Shown here in pieces: positions 28,791-39,842 of a DNA stretch of 64,000 bases. The notes beneath the pieces were generated by a model. The model was given only the letters and a program-made list of their open reading frames with translations. It was not told the origin of the DNA and did not search any database. How positions within the stretch are numbered: the stretch's first letter is position 1; each line of letters starts with the position of its first letter. Where the stretch lies: assembly GCA_017857235.1 (NCBI GenBank), contig JAFMDN010000003.1:2005-66004 (forward strand). Reading direction: 5' to 3'. Source of the DNA: Methanobacteriota archaeon. Its GTDB lineage: Archaea > Thermoplasmatota > Thermoplasmata > Thermoplasmatales > GCA-001856825. The position numbers were made by a program, and so were the translations under genes.

Positions 28791-31700
28791 GCTCTATTCC
28801 TCCTTCTTACTGATATCATTATGGCTACTATAAGAACAACAACGAATATTATTACACCGGCCATATAGCTATATTGTATGAGCGCACTGTAATTCTGAAT
28901 TCCATACCCTTTGGCCTGGATAGTTTTGAACTCAAGCCCAGGTATTGACGGATACAGATTGTATAACAAACTCTGATTTCCATATTTTATTTCGATTACA
29001 ATGGGTGTATTGATATTAAATACTCCGCTTTGGAATGATAAACCGATGTTGGATTGATTGAATTGATTTGGATATAGAGATATGTTGGAATAAGGACGAT
29101 TATTTACGGAGACGTTAATGCCCTCCTGCTTCAGACTGACATTATTCAGAACTAATATAGTTACATTTAATTTTGAATTACCTGTATTTTTAATGTTCAG
29201 TTCATAATATATGGTATTTCCTAAAACACTTCCAGTATTGTTGTTAACCGTTATATTTAGAGATATTATATTCGGAACAGTAACATTGACACTTATGTAA
29301 TGGTAAATTCCGAGATATTGTAGATTCATTCCGATCTGATATGTTCCAGCAGGTTGCCCTTTTGGAACTCCGATAGTTGCATTTATGATTCCCATTGAAT
29401 AGGGGGTCAAATTAAGGTACTGATTGTAAACATTAAAAGTAGATGAATTAGTTAAGGTAAATGAAATAGGTATATTGGAATTACTAATTATCTGGATTGG
29501 AAAACTCACATTGTGTCCGGGCAGGCCAGTCAATTGACCTCCCATAGGGAATATTTTTACTGCCACGTTCTTTACGATTTGGAATTCTAGGGTAGTGTAT
29601 GTAGGACCGCTCACATTAACCTCCTGCTTGAGAACATAGTTATTTGGCCTACCATAATTCATCAGTATGGTTGATCCCTGGAACAAATATGAACCATTTG
29701 GGAGATTAATGGTACCAAATGCTTTTACATAGAATCTGGTGCCCATATCAATGTATATTTCATTAGTGTAGGCGCTGCTTCCAATGAATGTGCCGTAGGT
29801 TAAAGAATAGGCTCTGGCCATGTTCAATGTAATATTTTCCCACTTCGTATTAACACTAATTGTCCCAATGTACGCGTATTTGCCTGAGACTGCATAAATG
29901 CTATAGTTTCCATAAGGAAGTTCCACGTATGAATTAAATGGAACAGTATAATTCAAAGGCTGTATCTGCACGAATCCAGAATTAAATGTTGAGTTTATAG
30001 AATTAAATTTAACATTACCCATAAGTTTTACCAAACTTGAATTTAGGTAAACTGTTTGCTGGGATGGTATATTTACTGAAGCACTTCCAAAGTACTCATA
30101 AGAGGTGTTTATTCTATTGAATGAATATATGTAATAATAACCTGCAGGAAGATAAATTCCTGTCGATGTACTTATAATATTTGTCCCATTAGATATGTAG
30201 GTAATACCTGAAACCCTATTTACAATATTCAGGAAGTATGATTGAACTAGATTTGGTGTGAAAGTTGAATTTCTCGTTATATTCATTGTGGTTATATTTG
30301 ATGTGTAATAATAATTTGAATAGATAGAATAGGTACCTGGTGTAAGGGTTGAATTAAGTAACTCGCTAACCAATTGGCCATTCCTGAATATCTCAACATT
30401 TCCTTTCGTATTTACCTCAAATTTTACATAAACATTAACGGGCAATTTAATAACCTGCCCGTTATAAACAGGCAATATACTGATTGAAGTGACATTTGAT
30501 ACTGGGATTATGCCATCACCGGTTAGATAAACTTCATAGCTTCCTGGTTGTATATAGGTTTGAACCTCTGACTTTGATGCTGTTATGTTGTAATTTTCTG
30601 GACCTTTCAAATGAATGTAATAAACATAGTTATAATTAGACTGTATTAAGAAGGTTACATTTACTGGTGATGAACTTGTAGATATATTTAAACCCTCCAC
30701 TTCATAGTTCATGCCCAATGACCTAAATGTTACCGTGTTAACGTTAGTTCCATTTGGAAGGTAAATTATATACTTTTGTCCCCTTGTCAGAACATCATAA
30801 TATACAGGAATTCCGCTTGAGTAAGCTAAGATAATCCCTGAATTTTGGCTCGTAATGTGTCCTGTGACTGTGTGGCCTGGACCCGGGAATATCTGTAGAT
30901 TATAATTGGGACTAAATATAGAGTATAATCCATTGGAAACATAGATACTGGAATTATAATTGAAATATGCTGTTACTGAATATGTGCCATATGGTAGATA
31001 TGCCTTGAATTGCCCTGTAGAATTAGTGGTAAATTGTAACATTATACCGTTACCCATGAATTCCACAGGCACACCTGGCTGTGTTCTATTGCCATTGAAT
31101 ACTGTCACAGTTACCATTGATGCTTCGGTGAACCTTGGTTTTATGGACAAAGAATTGTTTAGATTTACCGTTGTCTCATTAATGTAATAAATGCCTGATC
31201 TTATTGAAGTCAATGAAACCAAGTATATGGATGGTGGTAAATAAGCTGAAAAAGTATTATTCATTAAATTAAATTCTCCTGAATATGAATTGTTCAAAAT
31301 GTCTTGATAGCTGGCAGAAACTATTTTGTAATTTCCCCCCTGTGTTATGTTCAGGTAATAATATTTCTCATAGGTTACATTTAATGTAAGGTTACCCTTG
31401 TTCTCCAAATTTAAAATTGTACTGAATCTGTAAGGACCGTTCTCTGCGGATATATTAAAGATTCCTATTGGTAAAATGATCTTATAATTAGACCCGGATA
31501 TATTTAAAAATTGGGTGAAGTTTCCTCTCGTTATTTGAAGATGATTTAATCCATTGGCTTGGAATTTGTTTATAAAATTTATATTGATTTTTGAATAAGG
31601 AATAGCAATATCCTTGGATGTTGAATTTGAATTAATAGATACATTTGCTACATTATAGTACCAATGGCCATCTACATTTGCAGATACGTTGTATTCATAA

Positions 31701-34700
31701 GGAGGAATATCAGGTATGTAATAAGACCCGTTCAGGCCTGTTTCAACAGTTAATGTGTAGTTTTCACTGGAATTGAAGAATCTTAATGTTGCATTCGCTG
31801 GTACATCTGTGTTTGGAACGAAAGAACTTATTCCGGCAAGATTGTAAAAAACTGTTCCGGCTAAAGAATGCGAACTTATCTGGAAATTTTTATTTACAAT
31901 CCACAGAGGCTCCCCAGTGTTGGAGTAGGCAGTTCTATCAGCTTGAGATTGGGAGATTGTAATATTGTATTTTTCTAAAATATTGTTGCCAACCATAAAT
32001 AAACTATTATAAGATCCCGTGGATACAACTATGGTGTCATTGCCAGCTACAGCATATAATTGATAATAGCCTGAAGAATTAGTTAAAACTGTTTCATGAG
32101 GGATACCATATTGATCATCTATTGTAACCCTGATACCTGCAATAGGCATACCTGATGAATCTGTTACCCTTCCCTGTATAATGGCACCAGGATAATATTC
32201 AACAAAGACAACATCGCTGGGGAGGACACTTGAGGCTGGTGGATTTAAATCAACGGTACCTATATGATGGGTCAGATAGTAATAACCCTGTTGCAGTGAT
32301 ACGGGTTGCCATGCATTGGAATGATTCTGATAATCCGTATAGGGGTTCCAGAAGACCGTTTTATAAACCAATTCAAAATTGGGCATGCCCCATGCTTGCA
32401 TTGGATAATAATACCTAAGGTTGGATGATATTCCCGGAATAGAGTTATTAGCTCCTACCACAGATGGAGGATATCCTATAAAAACTCTATAAATAGTAGA
32501 ATTATAGAACATTGGCTGGTAGTTTATGTTATAACTAACTGCAGTATCTCCAGGTGGGAAATCCTGCAAAGGATAAGTATTTCCGTTAATATCTGTTACT
32601 GTTATATTATAGAAATCAATTGGAACTATCTCCCCTTGAACATTTATGTATTGGAAGTCACCTAAATAAGCAGGAGCGTAGAATATTCCTGTATCAATTC
32701 CAGAAAATGGGAACAACCTGTAATCCACAGCGATATAGCTCATATAAAATCCTGTTTGCTGTTCAAGACTTTGATATGCGTTAATAAGTGTAGATAGATT
32801 GAATGTATTAGTAAGATAGTGCTCAATTAGTATGTATTTTGCATCCCCCGGCTGTATATCCTCATATGGACCGTAATATGATTTGTTGGCATATATATCT
32901 GGGATGTAATTAGGGCCGTTCAATTCATAATTGATAATCTTTTGATAGCCCTGGACACCAAAATATTGGACTAGGATGGATTTAAGCGTAGAATTATTCA
33001 ATTGATTAAATTGATTGAAATAATCAATTATCCTTGCGATCATGACTGAAATAATTTCGCTTTCATTCTGTGCCATCAAAATTTGAGCAGCTGGGTATAT
33101 TCCATCTTGGAAGTTGTCAGCCATTACAGGGTGCTGGCCTTGTTCTAATGTTTGGAAACCGTAATCCCACCATGATATAAAGGCCGGCCTTTCATTGGGA
33201 GGATATTGGGCATCTTGGTTTTTGAACCAATCCAATGCTCTCACCCACGGGGAATTTGGTAAATCCAATGATACTCCAAATGCACCTAGATAATATGGAG
33301 GTGTATAGTTCTGGGGCCTTAAGAATGAAGGTGTGGCGTTATATATTTCCCTATCATATTGCGTCTTATTGTTATAAGGTATTCCTGAATCAAGGGCATA
33401 AAAAGTTGCAGGTACGATCAGCAGGAAAATAACCATTAAAATTACAACAATTTGAGAGAATCTCAGCTCTTTAAGAGAAGCTTTGGAAGTACCGCGCCCC
33501 TTAACCTTATCCAATGATTCTTGCCAACCCAATCTCCTAAAGCCTTCCACGATGATGTATGCAGTTAATATTCCTGTTGCAGAAGCTCCGAAATACAAGA
33601 ACTTCGAAGCAATCATAGAAATAAATATAATACCCGCTGAATAAAACAATATCAACGTGGTCTTGAAATCCTTACTCTTTAACCATTTATATATCAATAC
33701 GCCTATCGCTACCAGGGATGCAAAGAACATAAACGGATCAAATTCCATTATATCTTCTCCGAGTGGAAGTGCTTGAGCTTCTGCAATTGTGTCATAAATT
33801 TTGTTTTTTATGAAATAGTGTTGTCCTGAAATAATGTTCTGCAGTAAGGTATTATCCTTGAAGTAGATGATTACAATTGCTGCAGCCAAAAGTAAAGCAT
33901 AGCTTCCTATTGTTACTATCCAAGTCCTTCTTTCCATTATTATTACGAATAGGGATGTTATAATGAGCAATAACCAAACCAAAAATACTGGTGTCCATCT
34001 GAAAAGGAACCCGGTCTCGTAATACCATGGGAGAGCCAAAATGAATCCTACTGAATAGAACAATGAAGATATCAAGAATGATAAGTTGGATTTCCTCCTG
34101 ATGGTATTAATTATTAATTGAATTATACCAACTCCAACTATTATCAGTGCTACGGAGATAGTTCCTACCCATGTAAGCATAGAAGCAGTTAAACTGACCC
34201 CCCCAAGTATCGAATATAAAATCGATATCCTATTTGCTTTTACTGAATTAACAATCCTCGCCCTAAGATTAGAACCCTCAACTTCTTTGAAAGTATCTAC
34301 AGATTTTAGGAAGAAATAAATCATCATTATGGCAAACAAAGCTGTAAAGATATCAAAGAGTCCTATGGAAGCTATAGATTTCATTAGTGTTAGAGGGCTA
34401 AGTGCTGCCAAAAATGCCCCAATTAAACCTACCTTTTTATTGAATACTTCTTTACCAAGAAGATACGTAGGGAAAACAATAAATGCTCCGCCGATAGCGG
34501 TCTCTAATAAAAACATGGTCATTGTTGATTTATAAACTCCTCCTAAGAACGGGGAGAAAGCATATCCTAATAATACGGCCAGCCAGTGAAAGAATGGTGG
34601 CCTTGGATTTTCTAATCCGATTGGATAATTTAATAGAGGATCGTAAAGAAGTTGGTGGTGTGTTGCCAGAATATATTGTATAATCCTCATATTGTAATAT

Positions 34701-34879
34701 GCGTCTGAACCTCCTGAAACTGCAAAATTCCCCTTTACTGCTACCCCTATTATGTAAAATGAACTGAGGAATAGGGATAAAAAGAATGACAGTAAGAGGG
34801 TGATTCCAATATAATTCTTGGTTAAGTACGATTTTATTCTTGTAAAGCTTGTTGTATTAGTTGCTTCTGCACCACCCAT
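28787..34879 (-). CDS. aglB: Oligosaccharyltransferase AglB/STT3, giant form (about 2030 aa)
   Basis: GSDAYY, TIAE, WWDYG and ADNFQ motifs, about 13 TM segments, then about 1100 aa of beta-rich repeats and a C-terminal TM. ATG 34879 follows AGGTGG. Confidence 0.92.
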   Translation of the reverse strand: MGGAEATNTTSFTRIKSYLTKNYIGITLLLSFFLSLFLSSFYIIGVAVKGNFAVSGGSDAYYNMRIIQYILATHHQLLYDPLLNYPIGLENPRPPFFHWLAVLLGYAFSPFLGGVYKSTMTMFLLETAIGGAFIVFPTYLLGKEVFNKKVGLIGAFLAALSPLTLMKSIASIGLFDIFTALFAIMMIYFFLKSVDTFKEVEGSNLRARIVNSVKANRISILYSILGGVSLTASMLTWVGTISVALIIVGVGIIQLIINTIRRKSNLSFLISSLFYSVGFILALPWYYETGFLFRWTPVFLVWLLLIITSLFVIIMERRTWIVTIGSYALLLAAAIVIIYFKDNTLLQNIISGQHYFIKNKIYDTIAEAQALPLGEDIMEFDPFMFFASLVAIGVLIYKWLKSKDFKTTLILFYSAGIIFISMIASKFLYFGASATGILTAYIIVEGFRRLGWQESLDKVKGRGTSKASLKELRFSQIVVILMVIFLLIVPATFYALDSGIPYNNKTQYDREIYNATPSFLRPQNYTPPYYLGAFGVSLDLPNSPWVRALDWFKNQDAQYPPNERPAFISWWDYGFQTLEQGQHPVMADNFQDGIYPAAQILMAQNESEIISVMIARIIDYFNQFNQLNNSTLKSILVQYFGVQGYQKIINYELNGPNYIPDIYANKSYYGPYEDIQPGDAKYILIEHYLTNTFNLSTLINAYQSLEQQTGFYMSYIAVDYRLFPFSGIDTGIFYAPAYLGDFQYINVQGEIVPIDFYNITVTDINGNTYPLQDFPPGDTAVSYNINYQPMFYNSTIYRVFIGYPPSVVGANNSIPGISSNLRYYYPMQAWGMPNFELVYKTVFWNPYTDYQNHSNAWQPVSLQQGYYYLTHHIGTVDLNPPASSVLPSDVVFVEYYPGAIIQGRVTDSSGMPIAGIRVTIDDQYGIPHETVLTNSSGYYQLYAVAGNDTIVVSTGSYNSLFMVGNNILEKYNITISQSQADRTAYSNTGEPLWIVNKNFQISSHSLAGTVFYNLAGISSFVPNTDVPANATLRFFNSSENYTLTVETGLNGSYYIPDIPPYEYNVSANVDGHWYYNVANVSINSNSTSKDIAIPYSKININFINKFQANGLNHLQITRGNFTQFLNISGSNYKIILPIGIFNISAENGPYRFSTILNLENKGNLTLNVTYEKYYYLNITQGGNYKIVSASYQDILNNSYSGEFNLMNNTFSAYLPPSIYLVSLTSIRSGIYYINETTVNLNNSLSIKPRFTEASMVTVTVFNGNRTQPGVPVEFMGNGIMLQFTTNSTGQFKAYLPYGTYSVTAYFNYNSSIYVSNGLYSIFSPNYNLQIFPGPGHTVTGHITSQNSGIILAYSSGIPVYYDVLTRGQKYIIYLPNGTNVNTVTFRSLGMNYEVEGLNISTSSSPVNVTFLIQSNYNYVYYIHLKGPENYNITASKSEVQTYIQPGSYEVYLTGDGIIPVSNVTSISILPVYNGQVIKLPVNVYVKFEVNTKGNVEIFRNGQLVSELLNSTLTPGTYSIYSNYYYTSNITTMNITRNSTFTPNLVQSYFLNIVNRVSGITYISNGTNIISTSTGIYLPAGYYYIYSFNRINTSYEYFGSASVNIPSQQTVYLNSSLVKLMGNVKFNSINSTFNSGFVQIQPLNYTVPFNSYVELPYGNYSIYAVSGKYAYIGTISVNTKWENITLNMARAYSLTYGTFIGSSAYTNEIYIDMGTRFYVKAFGTINLPNGSYLFQGSTILMNYGRPNNYVLKQEVNVSGPTYTTLEFQIVKNVAVKIFPMGGQLTGLPGHNVSFPIQIISNSNIPISFTLTNSSTFNVYNQYLNLTPYSMGIINATIGVPKGQPAGTYQIGMNLQYLGIYHYISVNVTVPNIISLNITVNNNTGSVLGNTIYYELNIKNTGNSKLNVTILVLNNVSLKQEGINVSVNNRPYSNISLYPNQFNQSNIGLSFQSGVFNINTPIVIEIKYGNQSLLYNLYPSIPGLEFKTIQAKGYGIQNYSALIQYSYMAGVIIFVVVLIVAIMISVRRRNRA

Positions 34880-34938
34880 TAAATCCACCTAAATATCAAG
34901 GTGTAAAGAAACTACCATTAAAATCTTTACTGATAAAT

Positions 34939-36810
34939 TCAATATATTATTTGGTATTTATAATTAAGAATCATTTCTGGTTTTTCCACTATTTGACACT
35001 TGCCATCTCCACAAATTGAAAGTTCAGAATCCTCATCGTAGAACGCAATAAAGTTTAATGGATATCTTAATATTTGCAATGATTTTTTAACTTGATCATC
35101 CTTACCCCTTAATTGATAAATTTTACTTGAGAGAAGGGTATATTCAATCTTAGAAATATTGCCTATGGGATTCCTGCTTATGGATTTACTGAACCTGTCC
35201 TTTATACCTGTTATATAAGGATCATAATCATTAGTTTCCAATAACATTTTCAATCTTTCCAGGTTCCATATCATCATTGCATTACCGGATGGGTAAACAC
35301 TATCATACTCATCATGAATTTTCTGTGGTAATTTTCCTTCTCCGTCCTCACTCAGAAAATAGCCTCCTTTTTTATAATCGTAAAATTTTGAATTTATATA
35401 ATTAGATATCTTTATGGCCTTCGTTAATAGCTCCTTATCCCCTAGGTAATTGTATGAGCTGATTAGAAGATCAAGCATGAATGCATAGTCTTCTAGAACA
35501 CCTTTTCCTTGTCTTTTACCATTTCTTATGTATCTATACAATCCCCCACCGCCGGAGTCAAAATAACTTAAAAATTTCATAATTTCTTCTCTACTGATAT
35601 TATTTGGTGAAAGCTCCAACTTCATCTTCAACAAAAGGGAATTGAATCCTAATAAGATTTTATCATCTTTTGTTAATGGTTCCTTTCTATCTCTGTAATT
35701 TTTAAGTTCTGAAATCAATTTTAACATATTCTCATCAGATAGATTTATCCCTGGGGCAGGAACTAATAAAGTTCCCTCTCCGACCTCGACAAAATTAAAA
35801 TAATTTTTTAGAAGATCCTTCTTATCCCCTAAAGCTTCATTTAACTCTTTTGAAGTCCATAAATAATAACCCCCCTCCTTTCCGAGCCAATCAGCATCCA
35901 ATGCAGAATAATACAAACCGGTCTCTGAATCTTTCATACTGGAGTCAAGAAAATTTTGTATTTCTTTAATGATCATTGTGTAGAAATTGTTGTTTTTGAT
36001 CTTGTTTAATCTCGATAATGTCCATAAAAGCATGGCTTGGTCGTATAGCATCTTTTCAAAATGGGGGATTTGCCATCTCCTATCAATTGCATATCTAAAT
36101 AAGCCATAACCAATCTGATCATAAATACCTCCGTACCTGATGTTTCTTATTGTCCTATCAACCATAAAAGTATAATCATTTCCAAGCTGAGAATATGTTA
36201 TCAGGTAATTTAAAATTGGATAGGAAGGAAACTTTGGTTCCTGCCCGAATCCACCGTACTCCCTATCATAAACATTAGATATTAATTCAATTGTATCAGA
36301 ATATATATCTTCGGTTGGAACTTCTCTGTCTTCCAGGTTCAGATAACTCATGGCTTTTTCAGCAGATTGTATAAGTCCGTATTTATCCTTCTCCCACATA
36401 TCCCTAAGGTATGAAATAACATCTATAAACCCTGGGAAATTATCTCTCCTAAATGGTGGGAGATAAGATGAAATGAATACCGGCTCACCGGTTGGAATTG
36501 CAATTATATTTAGTGGCCACCCTCCTCCCCCGTTCATGATTTGGGCCATTTTCATATAAAATGCATCAACGTCTGGCCTATCTTCCCTATCTACTAGAAT
36601 CGGGACATAACTTGTATTCAGAATATCAGCTACTTCAGGATTCATGAAATTCTCTTCTTGAAATACATGACACCAGTGGCAAGTTGCATAGCCTATTGTT
36701 ATAAAAAGTAGCTTACCGCTTTCTTTTGCTATTCTCAACGATTCATCATTCCAGTATTTCCATTTTACCATGTCCTTTGAATGTATCTCATAATATTTGC
36801 TGGCATTCAT
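34939..36810 (-). CDS. YyaL/SSP411 family thioredoxin-domain protein
   Basis: TCHWCH, VDREDRPDVD, GGGGWPL, PKFP, GGIYD, PHFEKMLYDQ, ALDAD and LEDYA motifs. Confidence 0.9.
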   Translation of the reverse strand: MNASKYYEIHSKDMVKWKYWNDESLRIAKESGKLLFITIGYATCHWCHVFQEENFMNPEVADILNTSYVPILVDREDRPDVDAFYMKMAQIMNGGGGWPLNIIAIPTGEPVFISSYLPPFRRDNFPGFIDVISYLRDMWEKDKYGLIQSAEKAMSYLNLEDREVPTEDIYSDTIELISNVYDREYGGFGQEPKFPSYPILNYLITYSQLGNDYTFMVDRTIRNIRYGGIYDQIGYGLFRYAIDRRWQIPHFEKMLYDQAMLLWTLSRLNKIKNNNFYTMIIKEIQNFLDSSMKDSETGLYYSALDADWLGKEGGYYLWTSKELNEALGDKKDLLKNYFNFVEVGEGTLLVPAPGINLSDENMLKLISELKNYRDRKEPLTKDDKILLGFNSLLLKMKLELSPNNISREEIMKFLSYFDSGGGGLYRYIRNGKRQGKGVLEDYAFMLDLLISSYNYLGDKELLTKAIKISNYINSKFYDYKKGGYFLSEDGEGKLPQKIHDEYDSVYPSGNAMMIWNLERLKMLLETNDYDPYITGIKDRFSKSISRNPIGNISKIEYTLLSSKIYQLRGKDDQVKKSLQILRYPLNFIAFYDEDSELSICGDGKCQIVEKPEMILNYKYQIIY

Positions 36811-36868
36811 TGGCTGTGAAAAAAGTATGAATTAATAAATTATTAGTAGCGTTTAAAAATCTTTTAGA

Positions 36869-38800
36869 CTATTTCCCCTGGAAATCATTTTTTTCCAAGG
36901 TTGAGAGTGTGAATGATCTTTGACCTCCAAATGGTTTGAACTCTTTACCATTACCTTTGTAAAATTTGCTGAAGAATTCAACATAAATCAACCTCGCTCC
37001 CTGGATACCTGGTTCGAATATTGCTATCACTATATTCAATAGCTGACCTATTAGTAGGATGATTATTCCGAAAATGATCATTATACCGTGCCCAATTGTT
37101 CCTTCAAATATACTGTCAAAAACAAGAGCTAAAGTTACTGATGCCAAAAGTATACCCACAAGCCTAGTATAGGATAAAATGTGGCTTATTATGGTGGTTA
37201 CTTCCATTAGGGCTTGTAACTTTTCTGCATAGACTACAATACCCAAACCTGCAATTACCATAATTAGTGAAGCAATTGATGAAACATTAGTGGTAGAAAA
37301 TTGATGTCTCAATATCTGAAGACCTAAAATAACTATACCCATGGCAATCAAAAGCCATCCTATCTTTCCAAGAGCCTCCCTCATATGACCATTTCTGAAA
37401 TTCACTATAAAGCCGAATATTAATCCAAGATCAACCATTGCGACTCCTACATACCCCGAGATAAGTAATAATTTAATCAAACCGAATGAACTCAGGACTT
37501 CGAAATGTGGATAATTTAATTGGAAACCAAAATAATTGTCGAAGATTATCCCCAAAGCAATTGATATTATTGCACCAGGAAGCATAGCTTTTCCTAGTAT
37601 CTTAAGGCTTCTCCTACTCATTATGCTTAAAACAAACCTTGATATGGGTTTTGGAATATGTGATTTTTTAGGTGGATGATCTACCCTGTGAATTAGCCAT
37701 AAAGAGAGAGCTAAGATTATGATACCGTATCCAGCATCACCTATCATAAAACCGAAAAATATAGGGAAAACAAAGGCAAATATTACAGTGGGATCAATCT
37801 CATTAGCCTGAGGTAATGAATAAAATCTTATGAAAAATTCAAAAAATGATATTCTTTTAGGGTTATTTAATAAAGTTGGCGGCGTTTCATTGGTATCCAC
37901 AGGGAATATTACCAAAGAACCATCCGTTATTTTATTCAATACATCCTCTATTTTTTTAATGTTATTTTCTGTTGTCCAGCCCTCTATGATTGCAATTGTA
38001 CTTGTACCAAGGAGTTTTGAAACGACTTCCAATTTCTTCAATTCAATCTCCAATTGTTCCCTTATTGCGGCCACCAGATTATAATAATCTTCCGAAATTT
38101 TTCGTATCTCATTTTTTATATCCCTCAATTGTGATTCAATCTCGTTTGTTTCTTCTTTGATTTTTCTTATATTATTTGTGACTGTGCCCTCTAATTTTAT
38201 GATTTCGTAAGATTCGACCTTATACTTCTTTAGCAAATCACCCAATTGTGATTCCTTGCCTGATGGGATTACCACAATAGAATAATCCTCTCCTTGGATG
38301 ATTGATGCCTCTATCTTTCTAACTTCGCTTAAAAATGTATCGTCATTTTTCACGATAATGCTATAAACATTTTTACCCCACAAATAGGATAGATCGTCTT
38401 TATAAAAGGATAATTTATTCAAAATATCCAATCTGTCGTTGAGAAATTTCAATTTAGATTTTAAATTTTGTTCCGTCTGTGCAAGCCTTGTTACCGTCTC
38501 ATAAATGGTCAAATTCTTAGCCTTATCAAGAAGTTCATTTAGGTTTGCAAAATTTATCCTGTTCTTTCTTTCCACAGGGATTAAAATTGATTCCAGGCCC
38601 TTTATTCTCCTGTAATATTCGTTTACGGTATTATATAACTGTGAAGCCTCAACATTTTTTAGGCCTTCAACACTAAGAGTTATTGGCTCAATTTGAAGAA
38701 CTCCAAGATCATGTAAGGCTTCCAATGCCTGAGGAAGCTTTGATTTTGGAACGAATATCCTTATTTTCTTCATTTTGGCTGGAAGTATTATTTTACTCAC
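36869..38800 (-). CDS. atpI: A/V-type ATP synthase subunit I (a)
   Basis: PPTLLNNP, EIDPT, GDAGYG, SYTRL and RLIYVEFFSKFY motifs. Confidence 0.95.
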   Translation of the reverse strand: MSKIILPAKMKKIRIFVPKSKLPQALEALHDLGVLQIEPITLSVEGLKNVEASQLYNTVNEYYRRIKGLESILIPVERKNRINFANLNELLDKAKNLTIYETVTRLAQTEQNLKSKLKFLNDRLDILNKLSFYKDDLSYLWGKNVYSIIVKNDDTFLSEVRKIEASIIQGEDYSIVVIPSGKESQLGDLLKKYKVESYEIIKLEGTVTNNIRKIKEETNEIESQLRDIKNEIRKISEDYYNLVAAIREQLEIELKKLEVVSKLLGTSTIAIIEGWTTENNIKKIEDVLNKITDGSLVIFPVDTNETPPTLLNNPKRISFFEFFIRFYSLPQANEIDPTVIFAFVFPIFFGFMIGDAGYGIIILALSLWLIHRVDHPPKKSHIPKPISRFVLSIMSRRSLKILGKAMLPGAIISIALGIIFDNYFGFQLNYPHFEVLSSFGLIKLLLISGYVGVAMVDLGLIFGFIVNFRNGHMREALGKIGWLLIAMGIVILGLQILRHQFSTTNVSSIASLIMVIAGLGIVVYAEKLQALMEVTTIISHILSYTRLVGILLASVTLALVFDSIFEGTIGHGIMIIFGIIILLIGQLLNIVIAIFEPGIQGARLIYVEFFSKFYKGNGKEFKPFGGQRSFTLSTLEKNDFQGK

Positions 38801-39105
38801 CCCAGAATTATTTTAATTAGTTCTTCCAACAGCTTCGGCTCTATATTTCTCCTGAGCTTAGATAATTTCTCGTTATTTTCTAAATTTATTTTCTTGATTT
38901 CCTCTTCTACCTCTTTTCTGATATTATTTATATATTCATCGTAATAAACCTTGGATTCCTTCTCTGCGTTCTTAATAATTGACTCAGCCTTTTGACTTGC
39001 TTCTTCAATAATGTAAGAAGCTTTTTGCCTTGCTTCATTTAACCTTCTCTCAGATTCCTGTTCCTTCAACTTTATGGCTTTTAATGTGTCAATATCACTT
39101 CCCAA
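38797..39105 (-). CDS. atpH: A/V-type ATP synthase subunit H (G)
   Basis: Coiled-coil protein of 102 aa between atpD and atpI; GGGGGTG SD before TTG. Confidence 0.8.
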   Translation of the reverse strand: MGSDIDTLKAIKLKEQESERRLNEARQKASYIIEEASQKAESIIKNAEKESKVYYDEYINNIRKEVEEEIKKINLENNEKLSKLRRNIEPKLLEELIKIILG

Positions 39106-39197
39106 TTAACCACCCCCAAATCAATATCATTGCCACTAAAAAAGTAGCAATATTAATTCCCATTATTATATAATACAAAGCAATAAACTTTGAAACA

Positions 39198-39842
39198 CTA
39201 TTCAATGCCCTCCCCCCGTTCCTCAATCTTTCCTTTTATCAACTTCAAAGTTATGAACATCTCCCTATCCATTTCATCAAGCCTCATTTTTATATAATTT
39301 GAAGTTGATACCAGCCTCGGTATGAGGACGTTTTCTATGGAATTCGTTCTCCTCTTTGTCTTATCAATTTCTAATAGGAGTTTTCTCATGGCTATTTCTT
39401 TTTCGGCAATTAATATTAATTCTTCTAAGAGTTTTTCAAATTGCCTTCTTGTCTCTAACAAGGATGAAGGCAATGATACATTCTCATAGAACTTTGTAAT
39501 AAATGTTTCACCATATTTTACTGAAACCTCTGGTATTCTAACACCCATAACATTCTTGATACCCACATTGACATTGGTTGGCTTTTGAAGTAAGACTAAA
39601 CTTTCAATTAATACTGTGCTTGACATTATTTCTGCTAGCCTTTCGCTTTTAATCGCTTTCACAACATCGTTGTGCAGATCCAATCTTAGACCCTTAACAT
39701 CCCTTACTATTTTAAAAAATTCCATTATTAGTGAAGATCTTTTAAGCTTTAATAATTCCAGTCCCCTCCTGGCTAATCTAATTCTTGATTTCGTTCTCAG
39801 TAACTCCATTCTGGTGGGTCTAATACTGGAAAGTTCCATCAT
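39198..39842 (-). CDS. atpD: A/V-type ATP synthase subunit D
   Basis: PTRMEL, LLKLKR, NVMGV and KRRTNSIE motifs. Confidence 0.95.
   Translation of the reverse strand: MMELSSIRPTRMELLRTKSRIRLARRGLELLKLKRSSLIMEFFKIVRDVKGLRLDLHNDVVKAIKSERLAEIMSSTVLIESLVLLQKPTNVNVGIKNVMGVRIPEVSVKYGETFITKFYENVSLPSSLLETRRQFEKLLEELILIAEKEIAMRKLLLEIDKTKRRTNSIENVLIPRLVSTSNYIKMRLDEMDREMFITLKLIKGKIEERGEGIE

Noticed and set aside
34939..36810. YyaL thioredoxin protein as an Ost3/6-like partner of AglB
   Set aside because: It has no signal peptide or TM, so it is cytoplasmic, and aglB has its own BRE-TATA (AAAGATTTTAAT) in the gap
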